Origin: Ascidiella aspersa
Taxonomy: Eukaryota
DNA: 64,000 bases
Assembly: GCA_963924565.1 (NCBI GenBank)
Contig: OZ004609.1
Location: 26,040,001-26,104,000, forward strand
Direction: 5' to 3'
Each line of letters opens with the position of its first letter. Position 1 is the first letter of the stretch. Below the pieces are notes generated by a model. The model did not search any database. It saw nothing but the letters and a program-made list of their open reading frames with translations, and was not told the DNA's origin. Shown in pieces: positions 40,001 to 54,436 of this stretch. A program made the translations under genes and the position numbers.

Positions 40001-43000
40001 GCACGCCCGGGATTTTCTGGATAAACAATAAAAGTGATGCATCAAAATTTATCGCCAAGTGGCGAACAATACCTTCTAAAAAGCGCGAACTACATAACAA
40101 GCTCTACATCTAATCAACAAAGAATGCCGACGAACAGAAAAGTGAAAAGATAATTTAGTAGTTATTTGTCATATATTATTTGTTCTTTATAATTAAAATA
40201 GTTGTGTTAGTTCTCATAATTCTTAACATTTGGTGATAATTCGAAACGCTAAATATTCTTGTGCTATACAATAAATGTTAAATTAAAAACCAAAACGACA
40301 GACACAAGTGACGAAAATTAAAGTTCTGCCGCTGCCTTTGATTTTGTTATTGTTTGGGTTGCGTCATGCTCGGGTTGTTCGGGGCTCGTCCTGCTGTCAC
40401 GAGTTCGCGCCCGACTGCGATCTCTGCGGCCGAGCGGCGTCAACGGCGGCTGGCCGAGGTCTAAACCCGTCTCATTGTGTACGCTTACCTGGGGCGGGGA
40501 CGTTTATATTTACGTTCGGCGAAACGACGAGAAAGTCAAGTTCGTGCTTAGTCGCGCACCGGCCCGGGCGTCGACTGACGTCCGTGTCTGTTTGCGATAA
40601 AGCGGGTGAGCGGAACTCGCGCGTAAACGCGGGTGCTTGCAGTCTAAATGCAGTCGGGCTGTCGCCTTTGTGCAGGCGTCGATCGCGAGATAGCGCCGTC
40701 ACGACTGTCCTTTGCCCGGCGTACACAGCGCGGGCTTTGGCTACCGGTCGACCTCAACTTGCGCGCGAGATTATCTTTGTTTCAGGCGAAATCATGCCCG
40801 GCCGCCGAAAACGTGCCGGCGCCGACGCTTGCAAGAGAAAGCGGGGTGCCGGATCCCCAGCGTGTTACCGATCTGCGGCCGTCCTCGATTAAGGTGCAAG
40901 CGGAAAAATCGTGAGCCTCCTGTCGTCCGGACGTTCTTTGCAAGGCGTTAATCTGTCGCTTTCGCGATAAACACTAACGCAAGATAAACACGGTTACGTA
41001 ACGTAAGCAAAACGGGAAACGGTTCGTGTTGTCGGGTGTCGGTTTTAAGGACGACTTCCCTGATTGGAAAACACGTGGTTCTTGTCTTCACTGATGACAA
41101 CCAGTTGTTGCATCATCATGTGGAAATTTTAAGTGATGGGTTTTTGTGCGAGCGATGTTAGAAGGAGGTTTAAAAATATTGGGCAAAACCAAAAGTTTAG
41201 AAAAGTATGATTTTTTTAAACCAAACCATATATATTTATTTTTTGATAAGCACGTCACTACAAATACGTGATGCGCACAGGCTAAAACCATGAATTCCTT
41301 TTTGTAGTATATTTATTATAAATGGTTATAACGTCAAAAGTGCGCAAACTGTTGGTATTTTTATCGAAATGCCAGTAACAAGCTGATCATTGTCTGTTTT
41401 AAAAACAAAGTTTGACTGCATAACAACAATGAAGCAACAGAAAGCCGTGTGGTGGATAGGGTTGACAGCCTAGCTGCGATCATATTGGATAAGATTACGT
41501 TGAGACAGTTCGTATATGACTAATTTGTTCGGCATCATTCTGGATGCCAATGTGGTTGCTCGTTTGTAATAAAAAATTAAGTTGCCCATAAATAGCAATG
41601 CCATTCGAACACGATTCATAAAGGAAGGAAAAAGTTTTATTTTAACTCTACGCTGTGGCAGTAACAGCGATGTCTTGGTAGTGGTAGAATTTTACCGAAA
41701 ATTTACCGTCCAAATTGTGACTTGCATAACGGTTTAATTGTATTTAGTGCAGTGGACGCCTTACACTTTCATTGAGCCAATTTGTCGCCGCTTTGTCGCA
41801 CTATTGATTAACCTTATTTTTTAATGGGTATTTTACAATATTACTTCAAAAACAATAACGATTTTTATACTCAAAACCTTAAGGTAAGGGCAATTTTATT
41901 GTCAAAAAACTTGTTTGCGTTTTGTTTCAAGTCTACCCACTCTGCGACAGACTAAAATAACGCACAAAGGGCACAAGGAGGCGCTGTTCAGCTGCGACGT
42001 CTGAATATTGTTAACAGGAGTGTAGCTTAATGGCTCACGGCTCGGGATCAAGGAATTTGTAAAATACTTAAAAATGTTTTGCCATTTTTTTCGACAAAGC
42101 CTCTTGCAATAATGAAAAATATTTAAAAGTTAGTCAACGGAAATCACCTTTGTAAATCAATATAGAACTGTAAACTCATGGCCTAGTTTTGGAAGGGCCT
42201 ATACACGTAACAAACAATATAGAGATTTGGGCTTAAATTTAGGCATATTGTTGTTGAAAAGATTTCTTTTTGTGAACTGAAAAACAGTATTGTCAACAAG
42301 TTATTTTGAAATGACGTAAGTCCCAGTCAAGTGAAGTCTTTTGAAATAAATAAATAAAAGTCAAGTCCCAGAATAAAAGTCAAGTCCCAAATAAAGTCAT
42401 CAGTTGCCCAAGTCAAGTCAGAGATAGAGCAAGTCAACTTCAAGTCAAGTCCTTTAAAAAGAAAACTTGAAACTATTAAAATTGGTAAACTATAATCCCA
42501 TCCTTGATAAGTTTTTCAAACACGTGTACTGTCACTCAGTATAAATTCAGTATAGAATGACTTCGTGGTATCAAAATATTAGGAAGAGAACATATATGTT
42601 TAACTTGCTTGACTTCGTAGACTGATCACTATAGTCAAACTTATAGACTTAGTTATTAACTTATAGACTTGGTTAGTCACGACTTTGGACTTTTACTGCA
42701 TTTACGGGAATTACTTGAGTGGTACTAAAATGATTTGTTGTCTGTGTTTCTGGAAATTTTTATAAATACTCCGTATAGGCAAGTTCCATACTGAATCCTA
42801 TTTTTACAGAATTAAGTGTTGATCACTAAAACATTTGAAATCTACTCGTGTTCAAAGTTTTCACTGATTAATGTAAGATCAAATTATTTTTGTTCCACTC
42901 AACTTATTTACTGTAGATCAACTTATAGACTTGGTTAGTCACGACTTTGGACTGGGACTGCATTTACGGGAATTACTTGAGTGGTACTAAAATGATTTGT

Positions 43001-46000
43001 TGTCTGTGTTTCTGGAAATTTTTACAAATACCCCGTATAGGCTAATTTTTATAAATACTCCGTACTAAAATTTATTTGTTGTTTGGATTGCTGGAAATCT
43101 GTGTAAATACTCAGTTTAGGCAAGTTCCATACTGAATCCTATTTTTACAGAATCAAGCGTTGATCACAAAAACATTTGAAATCTACTCGTGTTCAAAGTT
43201 TTTAAAAGCAAAATTTCCAATATTTGTCTGGTTCGATGAAAGCAGCTTAGGACAAACACATAAACAAATAGAATCCATCAGTTGACCGACAAATTTCGTT
43301 TTCAATAAAAAAAACAATAGCCGCTATACTAGGTCAGGTGTCAGGCCGTATCAACCGTCGTTCAAACCGCGCCACCAAAGGCGGGAAATTTCGACGGTCT
43401 AAATAACGAAGCGTTTTGATCGATGGCAAAAAATAGTGCTGAGTTGACAAAACTGGCCGCAATTTTGCTCAGCAAACTTCTGCCGGATTGCAGCGTCGAG
43501 CTCGTCAAAACAATAGCGCGGCCGAGATGGGCTCTTATCTTCTTCAGTAATCACGGAACGTCGGCAATAAGTTTATACAAACGTGGGCCACCGTAGAGTC
43601 GGTCGCACGCCATAGTCGCTGCTTACGGTTCGTCTTGATACCGCAAGCGAACCCTAAACATTCTCTTTAGATCTTTTGCTTGCCCAATTTTGCCGCATAA
43701 AAGTTATTGGCCGTCGGGCAGTCACGATTTCAACGGCTGCTTGTCGATCTGCATTCGTTGCCAGTTGACTTGTGCAACATGATTTCGATGCGCAACTTGA
43801 TTTTGCACCTTATCTGGCTCGTGCTGCTTTAAGGCGGCCGCACAGAACGCGTTTGCGTGCGACCTAGTGGGAAAACCAAGCTGCTGAAACCGAGGAGAAA
43901 CGCCCTTTCGTAAACAGGTAAAATGTTTCTGAGAAATGCCGCCCGTTAGTGACATTAAACTATTGGCACAACAATTTTTTTTTTAATCGCTTAAGTACAC
44001 ACAAAACATCAAATCGAAGAAAACTCAGTAAACTACTTGTAAGTTTATGGAGTAAACTGTGTGTCAGATTTTGTATTTGTGGACTATAGTCGAAATTAGA
44101 AACAACGGACAGGTTTGAGAACAGCAGGTTAGCCGGCATTTTTCATCTTTAAGTGCATTTACATCCAAGAGGAGACACTTTCAAGAATTCTATGTTTGGA
44201 AGATTTCAAGTGCGCCTAAAATTGTATGATGATTGGCGTTTTTAAACAGGCCAAGCTCTTTTGGCCTTTAACATTACGTTTTCCTTTCTGACAATTTTAT
44301 TTAAAAAAACTGAAGGACTCTTATATTCAGAATGCGTTGGCTGAATCATTTATCAATAAGCTATTGTGTGGAATTGAGAGATTAAAATGAGGAAAGTTTA
44401 CATGACGTGATGAGCCAAAAATGTTCTCAAAACTTTGAGCAAACTATTTATTTTGATTAGGAGACTAGATTAGAACTGTTTTTACCTGCTATAACTGCTC
44501 ACTCAAGATCAGTTATAAAAACATCAACCCGTATTTGTTCAACATCCATAAATACGCAATATAGTTCAACAACCTCGAAAACCACAAAAGTATGAAAGAA
44601 AGTTTGCCGCGTTGTTTTTATGGCGTTCATTCCACAAGTTACTTCAAAACGACGTCGCAGTAAAGTTATATGTCAACTAACATCAGCCAAGTCAAGCCAT
44701 TTTTAATAAATAACAAATCAGGTCCCAGTCCACGTCATAGCTATAGCCAAATCCCCATTCCAAAGTTTTTTACGTATAGGCCTAAACAACTGAATAACCG
44801 AATTTTTACGAAAATGTTTCTAATTAAAAGATTTATTATTAATGAATAAAATTTGACTAAATGACTCCATAAGTTTAGTCATTTGAAACAGTAACTTAAG
44901 TCAGGTAATGTCATTGATTAAATTCAGGAAAAGAAGAAGAAAAACTAAAAGAAAATTGAAAAGATTTGAAGTAAAGCACGAAGTTTGTTAACATCGGATC
45001 GGATCTCGGCTTGAGGCTATATTCTTATAAAAATGTATTTTTACATACTCGGTTTTAAGTTAAAAAAAATATTTTTGTAAACAACGAAAAAATTATGTAG
45101 CTCATAATTTACGAAAAGTGGATTTACGGCTAGTAAATCGTTTTTTTTTAGGAAAAAAACATAAAAACTTGTTTAAGTTGTCTTAAAGAGGTTCTGCTGT
45201 TACGACACAGTTATAATACAGTTGTTTGCAATCACGATAATGATACTTATTGTGTTTAGAAAAATAGAATGGAGCTACCCAAACACACACCTGAGCGCGT
45301 CCCTAAAAAATAAACAAAAGTCACAAGAAACACCTTTGCGGCGTGATATACGTCTTTGCCTTACAATAACAGGCCCATTTAAGGCGGTTCCAGTGAAGAT
45401 CGCGGTCGGGACTCGTGCGACTTTTTGTTTAACAACGCGATCACGTTTTCGCAACGCGTTCCAATGAAAAAGCCTTACTCGTAAACAGAGCCTGTGGTGG
45501 CCGAGGTGGCAAAGACAAATAACGACAGAGGTTTTGGCGAACGCACTTGCAAGGCCTTTATGCACTTGCAAATCTATACATGCAAGCGCGAGAACTATAG
45601 TGCTTGATTCAATACAGAAGTAATACATTTTTAAAAAATACCCAATATCCTTTATGTCATAAGTCTTCGTGTTTAAAGTAATATGAAATCCGATATAGAA
45701 AACGATTTGCAAGTAACCATTTCCTAAAGAAAAAAGAGGACTTTGCGTCGGGTAAATTAATATATTTAATTTAGAAGTTCCTCGTGACCAACTAAATGCG
45801 CCACAATCTCCCCAACGGCAAAAGTCCAGCTTTTAACAATAAAAAACAACACGTTGGCGTTGATTGGTATGAAGTTAAAACCGTTGGGAGCCGAGCGCAA
45901 GGTGACACTGTCGGGCAAAAACAACAACAACAAGACTCAAAAACCGGGAAAAGGCCAGGAGCAGTTGCCTTTGCGCCGATGTCGCGACTCTTGGGCGCAT

Positions 46001-47600
46001 CGCGACTGGGAGAAGCGCGATTTCTCTGAAAGGTCAGGACCCGCAGCCGAAGCGGCTCGATTCAAGCGGGAACGTGCCGCGGACCGGGCTCTATCTCTAT
46101 TTAGCCCACTGTCAAATCCTTTAGGAAAGATGCTAATCGTCCTGAGCAGAGCCGAAGAGGAGGCGGAAGAAGGACTACAGGGGACTTTTTGCCATGAACG
46201 CTGTCGCCCATTGAGTTACGTCAACACAGGGAACCATGCCAACACACCGGCATGCGCGTTGCGCAGCCAAGGGCTGTCACGAAGCGCCGTTGCAAATGCA
46301 CAGCGGTGACTCATGCCGGGGAATAAGTTTAGGCTCCTCTTAAAGGCGACGTGTGTTTTTGTTGACGAAACGTGGTGAATTTAATTTTATTTAGGAAGGG
46401 TTTGGGGCATTAGCGCACGCAAGCGGACGTGGAACACCTCGAGCCCACTCATTTCACGTTAACCGCAATTCACTTGTATCTGCGCCTTCGAAAACACATT
46501 AATAGATGCATATAGCTGGACGGGGCGGGACTTTTTTCGACATTTTCCGAATACATAATCGTTTTCCAATTTACATTTTATTGTTTGCGATTGGGTATGC
46601 CAAAAATCGGGTTTAAAAGAGCAAAAAGAAACAACAAACCCCACAAAATAACTATACACCTGCTTCTTTTTCGGGTTTTATTCCCTCAGCGCGAACGAAA
46701 AAGGAACATTTCTTACTACTACAGATATTTGTTGGAAAACAAACTTACGTGTTATATTACACATTTCCGCAAAGCGCAAAACAGAAGTTAAATCGTATGC
46801 ACTTTTAGTTAACAGGGTTGAACTTTAATCGTAGACTTTCAGACCGTCAAACCACTGCATCGCGACAGAGCCTCGTTTGAATTCGCTTTTTTTTTTAAAT
46901 GTAGGATATCTGAAACTAGGGTGTATGGATGGCGGGACCCAATACGCAACTCATAACAGTCAAAAATAAGGTTAGACTATCATACAACAAATAAAAGAAA
47001 AATGGCAAAGCAGCGTAAAAAATTGATATCGCTGAAAAGCGTTATTTTTCTCTTTATTCTCACGATTTTTTTCAACCAGTAATTGATTGGTGTCGGGTGA
47101 CGATAGGGTCCAAGTTAGATGGTATTTTTCAGACAAAAAATGCCCTTTCGCTAATGCAAATTTCTACGCAGCCGGGTCAGGGTTTCTTGGAACAAGCAAT
47201 GTAAAAATGTCACGAATCGCGATACAGTAACCGGGTGTGGCGGATGGTGGGTCTAATACTTTCGAGTTAATTAGGAGAGCGGCATATAAGTTAACGGTTG
47301 TCGTCTAACTCGCTAAGCTCTACCTGAAATCATAAAGCTGGCGCCGGCTAATGGCAGCCACGTGTGCCGCGGCAGCTCGCCGTCGGTGCGAGAGAATTCG
47401 GCAAAAAAGGGAAAAGCGGAAAACCAAGCTTTTTCCGTCACCAAAAAGAGCGACTCGCTCGTGTCGCGTCGCAAACGGCCAGGGCAGTTTATTGCAAAGC
47501 AGGTCTGACGCAGAACAGAAGCGACGCTTTGGTATCGGGATTAGCATATAATATAAGGATAAATCGGCTTAGCGCAGCCTCATAGCCTATTCAGCTGCGG
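37050..47600. promoter_or_regulatory. Gene-free Irx upstream region with multiple GC/CpG-rich non-coding islands (candidate enhancers)
   Basis: Islands at about 37050-37520, 38370-38850, 40330-41050, 43330-43950, 45800-46450 and 47300-47600, with no coherent spliceable ORF. Irx loci are known to sit in enhancer-dense regulatory blocks. Confidence 0.5.
42658..43202 (+). repeat. Local tandem duplication of an approximately 200-bp unit
   Basis: 42658-42861 is repeated nearly identically at 42920-43202, where the second copy has internal sub-duplications (shared strings TTGGTTAGTCACGACTTTGGACT and GAAATCTACTCGTGTTCAAAGTTTT). Confidence 0.9.
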
Positions 47601-47707
47601 GTGTGGTCGAAATTACATTTTGTTGTTGTTGTCTTCTTCAGGTATCCTTGTAATTCGAATCCGTGCAAAAACTGAAAGGCAGTGTTAAAACAGCATCAGC
47701 AGCGGAA

Positions 47708-50700
47708 ATGATTGTCGAACAGAGCACCTGCTTCGCGCCGCAGACGAGCGTAGAGGCCTACGTGGAGCGCAGAAGGTCGACAGCCGGGCAAGCGTCGCCA
47801 CAGTTTGCTGGGGCTTTCACGCCACAGCCAACAGCCTGCGGAATCCCTCTCTCGCCGTCCGGCCAGCAACCGCAAGTGGCGTCGTGCGCGATCCCGCATC
47901 GATACCAACGCGGCTTTCAAAACCCCAGCGCCTCCGCCGTCGCCCCCTACATGCCCACGGTAAGTGGAGTTGCTTGTTGCGAATAATAAAATAAGCATAA
48001 AAGCTTACGATTAAAACTGGGCAAAACAGTTTATTTATGGTGTTTTGTATTTTGGTGTTATTCAATTCGGCAAAACCCCTGTTTTGAAAAAGCGTAGTCA
48101 AAATTAGCGACATGATTTTTCAGACAATTTTACTTATTTGAACATACAGATTCTAATGTATAAATGACGTTTTGGGGGTTTTAACAGCCAACTTTTATCA
48201 CATTGCTTATTTGTTCTTGAGTGAAAGATTTATATACCAAATTTGAGAGACTCACCCGGCCGCATTTACCATAATCATTATACTTTACAACATTACCATG
48301 ATTTGCTCCTACGATTCGATTGCCACAATTTAAAACGATTTTTAGACGGGTGTTAAGTCATCGTTACCTACGCAATAAAGTCTGCCTCGCAGCGCCATCA
48401 ATTAGCATGTCAAAACACGGCGAAAAGTCCCCGGGCCGCCATCGGGCCACTTATTTAGAGGTGCCAGGGCGCCGCGCACGCCTCTCGAGCTCCGCTAGAT
48501 CCCTGATAATTATAGCCGTGGCCTGTTGTGATAGCAAGTTAATCCAACCAAGCTGCCTTGCGATCCGTCTTTCTAACCGACAGGCGCGCAAAAAGACCTG
48601 CCGCGTTGCAGACGGGCTGTATGTCCCCCAAAAACAATACACAAACCGATGGCATGCAAAACCGCGCCACACAAGATTGCTTGCCTGTCCCGAAAGAGGC
48701 TCGACTTCATCTCGCCGCCGAGCGCGCTTAACGATAAACACCCGTGCTACGGTAAAAAGCGAAACTAATTGAAATCGCGGGCGGCCGAAAGCTGACTGGG
48801 CAAATTAAAACGCCCCTGTTTTATCCACACTTTTCGACGCGAAGCCACAGGCCGCGGCGTAACTTGATCCTGTGGGGTCCACAAAGCGCTTTTGAAACGT
48901 CCACAGTAACGTGCGCGGAGAAATTAACACACACTGAATACAGTTTATTCAAAGTTGGCATAACTGCATTGCAGCACAAATTACCACTTTTTTACGATTG
49001 TAGACTCGTCCTTTTCCGGATCCAACGTTTCAGGTGGGCGGTATGTGGTACGACAACACTTTTTCGTCCGCCGCCCGCCAACAGCAACCCTACAACGGCT
49101 TTACATCGGCGCACACCAGGTACAACTAGATTACATTATTATAGGCCTAAACGCGGCGTGAGGATTTTTTACTGCAAAAACTTGTGTCATATAACCCTTT
49201 TATCAGCGAACTTTAAATTTTATTTAAATGGCTTCACCCAGCCCACACCAGGTAAACGACTCGACGTATGGTTTTAACGTTAAAACATTGAGGGATGAAC
49301 CATGTTTGTCTGTCGTTTTTTGCAAAGAGCTATAGAATTGCACGAAGTGTGTATGACCAGTGGTTTTCAGTATATCTTAATAGAACATAATCTTAAGGAA
49401 ATAATGGCAAATATACTAATAATTTGGAAAAAAAGATAACACATTACGAAAATGTAATATGGGATTTTCTTTCCACGTCCAAGTGTTATTTTCGAAAACA
49501 AGCGTTTTTTTAATTTTGCGACTTTACAACAAAACAAAAACATTGTTATCTCGATTAAAATACTGGGGTGATAAAATCGCTAAAAGAGAAATTAACCTGA
49601 GTATTATCCTAAAATATCGCTCGATTTTGACTTTGCACTATTTAAAAAATATTTTAACATAACCTTGCTGGGAAGCAAAAATTTTTTGGTCGACGGCAAA
49701 GACTGGAAAGACACACTTCTGGAGTTTCGTAATATCACTGTATATCTAAACGAATCGCATCGAATCTAATAACAAAAGTATAACCAAAACAATAACAATA
49801 TGCTAAAAAATACAATTAGTATCATCTTGAAATCCACATCGACAATGCTAAAAAACCTCCTAACATTTATTTTTACAATTGGACATAGTTGAAGATTTAA
49901 ACTGGACGGAATATCCGTGTTGTTAATTTAAGCACGTAACATTTTTTCTACCCGGCCCAGCAATATCTCACTTATAAACAAAGATTTTAAATTGTTAAAA
50001 TAATATTTAAAAAGTAAACAAAGTCAATTTAAGGAAACCACGTCCGCAATAATTAAGAAAAACAGTCCGAATCTTGGAAACTTTTTGAGTTATTTGTAAC
50101 GATTAAATAGTGCATTTTACTCCCCTAAACAGCACACCGCTTTTCTTATTCACCATTAGGTGTGTGGTCACATCATACTTATTTAAACAGCTTTACGAGT
50201 AATTTACAAATTAAATCATCGCCATTTTGCCGAGCTATTGCTCAGACAAGATCAAACCAATCCCTTTTATAATATACTCCAAAATGGACGTCTGCGAATC
50301 TATCCTTTTACGTAGGATACTATCCCAATTGCGAGTTAATCCTTGTGGTACGGCGCTCCTGAATATCGAGGAAATCAAAACAAACAAAGATGCCTCGTGC
50401 AAATCTGAGACGTCATCCGCTTAAAAAATGAAACCGCTCCCAAATCTCGAATGGACAGGGCCATTTAACCAAGTGATGACGTAACCTCCTGGCCCTCTCG
50501 AGTCCTCGGCATAAATGCATAGCATCAAGCATAAACATACGCAGGTTTGCGCTACCGGCAACATCAATATATTTATCAAGAGTTCATCAAGTGGTTCAGA
50601 CCTTAGCCGGTGTGTTGGCACAGGGCTTGGGCTCAGGCATGCCTCTGATTTAAATCGCGATGCCCGATTTGTTTGTCTGCACGGCGGTCACTCTGGCTTA

Positions 50701-53700
50701 CACCAGGCCACTGCGGCTACTGTCACACAGTTTGGTGTTTGTTGCCTTGACCAATGGTCGTGCTTCGCCGCGAACCATTTGCTCTTGTCAAGCGGTAAGG
50801 AGGACGACAGATTAAAAAGTAGAGTTCCCGACGGCCAGATACCCGTCTGTGAAGGAATTTGAATCGATGCGAGTGTGGGTGGGGCGATTCCCTTCAGGCG
50901 TTGTGTGTAAAAGCGAAGTGACGCGACGTCTGAGTGGACACCGAACAAGCGCTTGTTTAAATTGTCTTGATCTTGATGGTTACCTGATTCTTTGATATAT
51001 AATCAGTGTTATCTCTATTGGCGCATCTGAGCAACCAATGGCAAAATTTGTTTTTCGCGCGCATGCATCTATCTATTAAAATTCTGCAATAAACCTGAAC
51101 AAAATTTATTAACAATTGGGAAAGCACAAAAACAAGGATACCATGTGAGTTAAATATTAACATTTCGTGTTTTGGTAGAATTTTCTACTCTTTCTACTAT
51201 GTTTCACATTGTTTGTATTAGTTTAGGACTCTTTATCTTAAATTATTGTTTCTCACTAAAACACAATTTTTATTATAAAAAATCTCTTAATTACACGGAA
51301 CAGGTATTTCGATCATAGAGCTGTACACAAGTCTCATTACATTTTTACAGGATAAAAGCCATAAAGCCGATTGACAATAAGCGTGATTTGTTTTCCTATA
51401 CAGATACATTTCGACCAGCGCTCATAACGCAGCGATCCACCGCAAAAACGCCACCCGAGAATCAACCAGCACCCTGAAGACATGGCTTCACGAGCACAGC
51501 AAAAACCCCTACCCGACCAAAGGAGAAAAAGTGATGCTAGCCGTCGTCTCTAAAATGACTCTTACGCAGGTGAGTTTAAAAACATATTATTGCCAAATTC
51601 AACAACTGCAAGATTTACGACTCACATTTGGGTCATATTTTTATACTGATAGTTTTTCGAAATTTAACAGTTTATATACGGCCAGGTATCGACTTGGTTT
51701 GCCAACGCCCGAAGAAGATTGAAGAAAGAAAACAAAATGACCTGGGTGCCGAAGCACAAGCCGAGCGATTCATCAAGTCAACAAACACAGCCAATAGACG
51801 ATTGTTCCATTACAGGTAGAAATAAATTAGTAATTATTCCCAAAATTAGAAATCTCATTTTAGGACAAGCTTCTTTACCTTGATGCTGTCAGTCATGTTT
51901 GTTCCAATACCAAATCTAACGTTTATACAATCATGCAGTTTGTGAATAAACTGGTTAGTATAAAAAACAACTGACCTTGTCTGTTTCAGACGACGCCAAC
52001 GAAAGTACCCTTGACGCTGACGCAGATCTTTCCAGCAGTCTGTCCGAAAATCCAGTTACTAATATTACGAACATCGTCGATATTGGGCGACCTATGGAAT
52101 ATCAAGGCGATTCCCAGCGTACCATCACTTATTTCAAACCTGGATCAACTGATTTTTGCTTTCCCGCTAGCAGTAATCAGCAAATTACGAGTGCGACGTG
52201 CCTTTCAGCTACAGGTCGATCAGCATTTAACGCAAGTACGCTCTGCCAACAAGGACAAACTGAATTCCCATCCACACTGCCGGCAAACCCAGAAGAATTT
52301 GCGCCGTCCTTGCCATTTGCAAGTAGCTGCAGTTCTTACCAGGCCAACCCCTCTCGCCTTGCACCAATTAAACCTCAAGATATTAACTTCCATTTTCAAT
52401 CACAACAGACGCAATCCAGAAACTATTATGACATCATAAAGCATCAAGAGCCTTACTTTCAGTCTGCGCCAACCCAACAGACGACAGCAAATCATACAGA
52501 CTGGCCAAACAATCAGTCGCAATTCGGACCAGTGTATTCGACTCCTCCAATTTCCTATGCTGATGTCGGTTCACGTGGAAACGACAGAGCAACTTCAACT
52601 GGAAATTGCAGTGAAACCGCCAGCGAGCCAGCGGAGTTTTACTTCCCAAAATACGAGGGTGTGTACCGCATTTGTTTAGTTTGCACTTTTGTTATAAAGC
52701 TTGCGTTTAGGTTTTTTGGCCTTTGTTTTAGTTACGGAGACGCAATAACATTTACCACTCTTCAAACTAAAGCGAACAACCAGATAAAAAAATGATGTTG
52801 CACAACTAAAAATAATGAATCAATATTTTATTATTATGCATGGAAATCGCAAACCAAAAGCTTTAAACAATTTAGTCTGTTGGTCGTCAAATAAACAATG
52901 TAGGTTTGAAAACTACAAAAATGACCCTCTAAAGCACGTACAATGTCGTTTCAGGTAAGCATGTTTTATTCTTTCAGACTCGTCTCCAGAACCGCCACCA
53001 GAAACCACCTTTGCGCCAACAAAAAGGTATGAGAAACGGCTGCTACTGTATTCGTTATTTCAAACAGCGTTAGGAGGCTTTTCGGAGATCAGCCCCATAA
53101 AACCCGATAAGGATCTTTAGCTTCGGGCACAAATGCGGTGCACGGATTTCTACAAATCGGCCTTGCCTCTGTTTAGCCATCGCACCGGTAGCCGGCTTGC
53201 GACACCTCCAAAACACGTTCTGGCATCCGGTAATCCGCAGCTAAACGGGCGCAACAAAAGAGGCTCTTTTTAAGACCCGAGTTTCGAGAACTGCATCGGC
53301 CAAGGCGCCGCATTCGCCGCGGATAAGGTGCCGCAATATGCGCGCTTACCTAGCGAGAGGATTATGTGGCGGTGTTTGAGGCGAAACATGCGATTTAGCG
53401 CCCGCGGTTTGCGACACTTGCGGCCGGCTGTCAACGTTTCGTGGACTTGGGACCGCGCGTCGAACCGCTTAACTGTTGTTCCACCGGCAACTCAGCGATC
53501 GCGGGTCGCGAAAGCCCGTTGTTGTCGTGCACGCACAAAGTCAAAGTTGAGCGGCTTACCCGGGGCCGCCTTGTAATTGGCGGGCGATTATAGCGACGCG
53601 TTGCGACACCCGACTGTCCGAGTCACGTTTAGCAATCACTTTCGGTAATTGGGGCGAAACGAGAATGGCCAACGCAAAAGACAAAAGTTATCGGTCTTTT

Positions 53701-54147
53701 GCGACCCTGTCGCCATCAAAGTCGCCGCCGTGTCGGCGCTGCCACGTCTCGTCACGCGTACTTCAAGTGTGCATGACGTCATTACATATAAAGTAATTAC
53801 ATTTAAAGGCAATTTACGCTTAAGACGTTCCTAAAAATGTTATTCCCGCCGCGGTAAAAGACTAGCGTACATCGTGACTTCTTTAAAAAACAGTCAAATC
53901 AATCTTTCTGCCAAACTTTCAAGTTAATGTTTTTCTTTGCAATGTGGCATTCTAAATTGTCGCGAACATTTAGCCTATAGGTGGTTTGTGAGCAGCCATA
54001 CAGCTGCTGGGTCAATGGCCTAGCAACTTGTTTGCCAAAACCATATTTTTAAAATAACTCAAGCCACTCGTTTTTGTTTTCAGCATGTGGAGCGAGTCGC
54101 CAGGATTTCCAAACAACAACCTTACGACACAGCTACCGGTCTGGTGA
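47708..54147 (+). CDS. Irx: Iroquois-class TALE homeodomain transcription factor, about 471 aa
   Basis: Exons 47708-47959, 49034-49119, 51404-51569, 51686-51815, 51990-52658, 52978-53026, 54084-54147. Homeodomain [43 protein letters not shown]|[20 protein letters not shown] is diagnostic of Irx. An in-frame stop lies upstream of the ATG. Confidence 0.95.
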
Positions 54148-54430
54148 AAGTATAGCAACGTTCGTTCGGATGTTAAACTGGTCACAACGCAATGCTCGCC
54201 TTAACGTTTTGGTGGCGTATTTGACGACCGAGACAATCCCGCAAAGGAAAATCCGCGGGCTAAAGTGTACTGTACATGAAGAATCGTGCCCGCCATTTGT
54301 TTTTGTAAATTATCGGCGCTAACTGCTAGTTCCTGTAACATTTTCTATTGCATTTTTATCGAAATGTATTTTTTGTAATTTATTGTTGTTGCCGTTGTTT
54401 ATTCTGCTGGGTATAAGCTGTTTTGCATAT

Positions 54431-54436
54431 AATAAA
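54431..54436 (+). terminator. Polyadenylation signal of Irx
   Basis: AATAAA after a T-rich 3' UTR, about 285 nt past the stop. Confidence 0.55.

Noticed and set aside
40308-40951. 194-aa ORF and overlapping ORFs
   Set aside because: Arg/Ala/Cys-rich frames open in several registers, as expected for a GC-rich island. No domain similarity or exon structure.
42658-43202. CRISPR-like or functional array
   Set aside because: Eukaryotic context and a simple two-copy duplication with no repeat-spacer structure.
45275-46309. 145-aa and 151-aa ORFs upstream of Irx
   Set aside because: No recognisable homology and non-ATG starts. Likely regulatory DNA.
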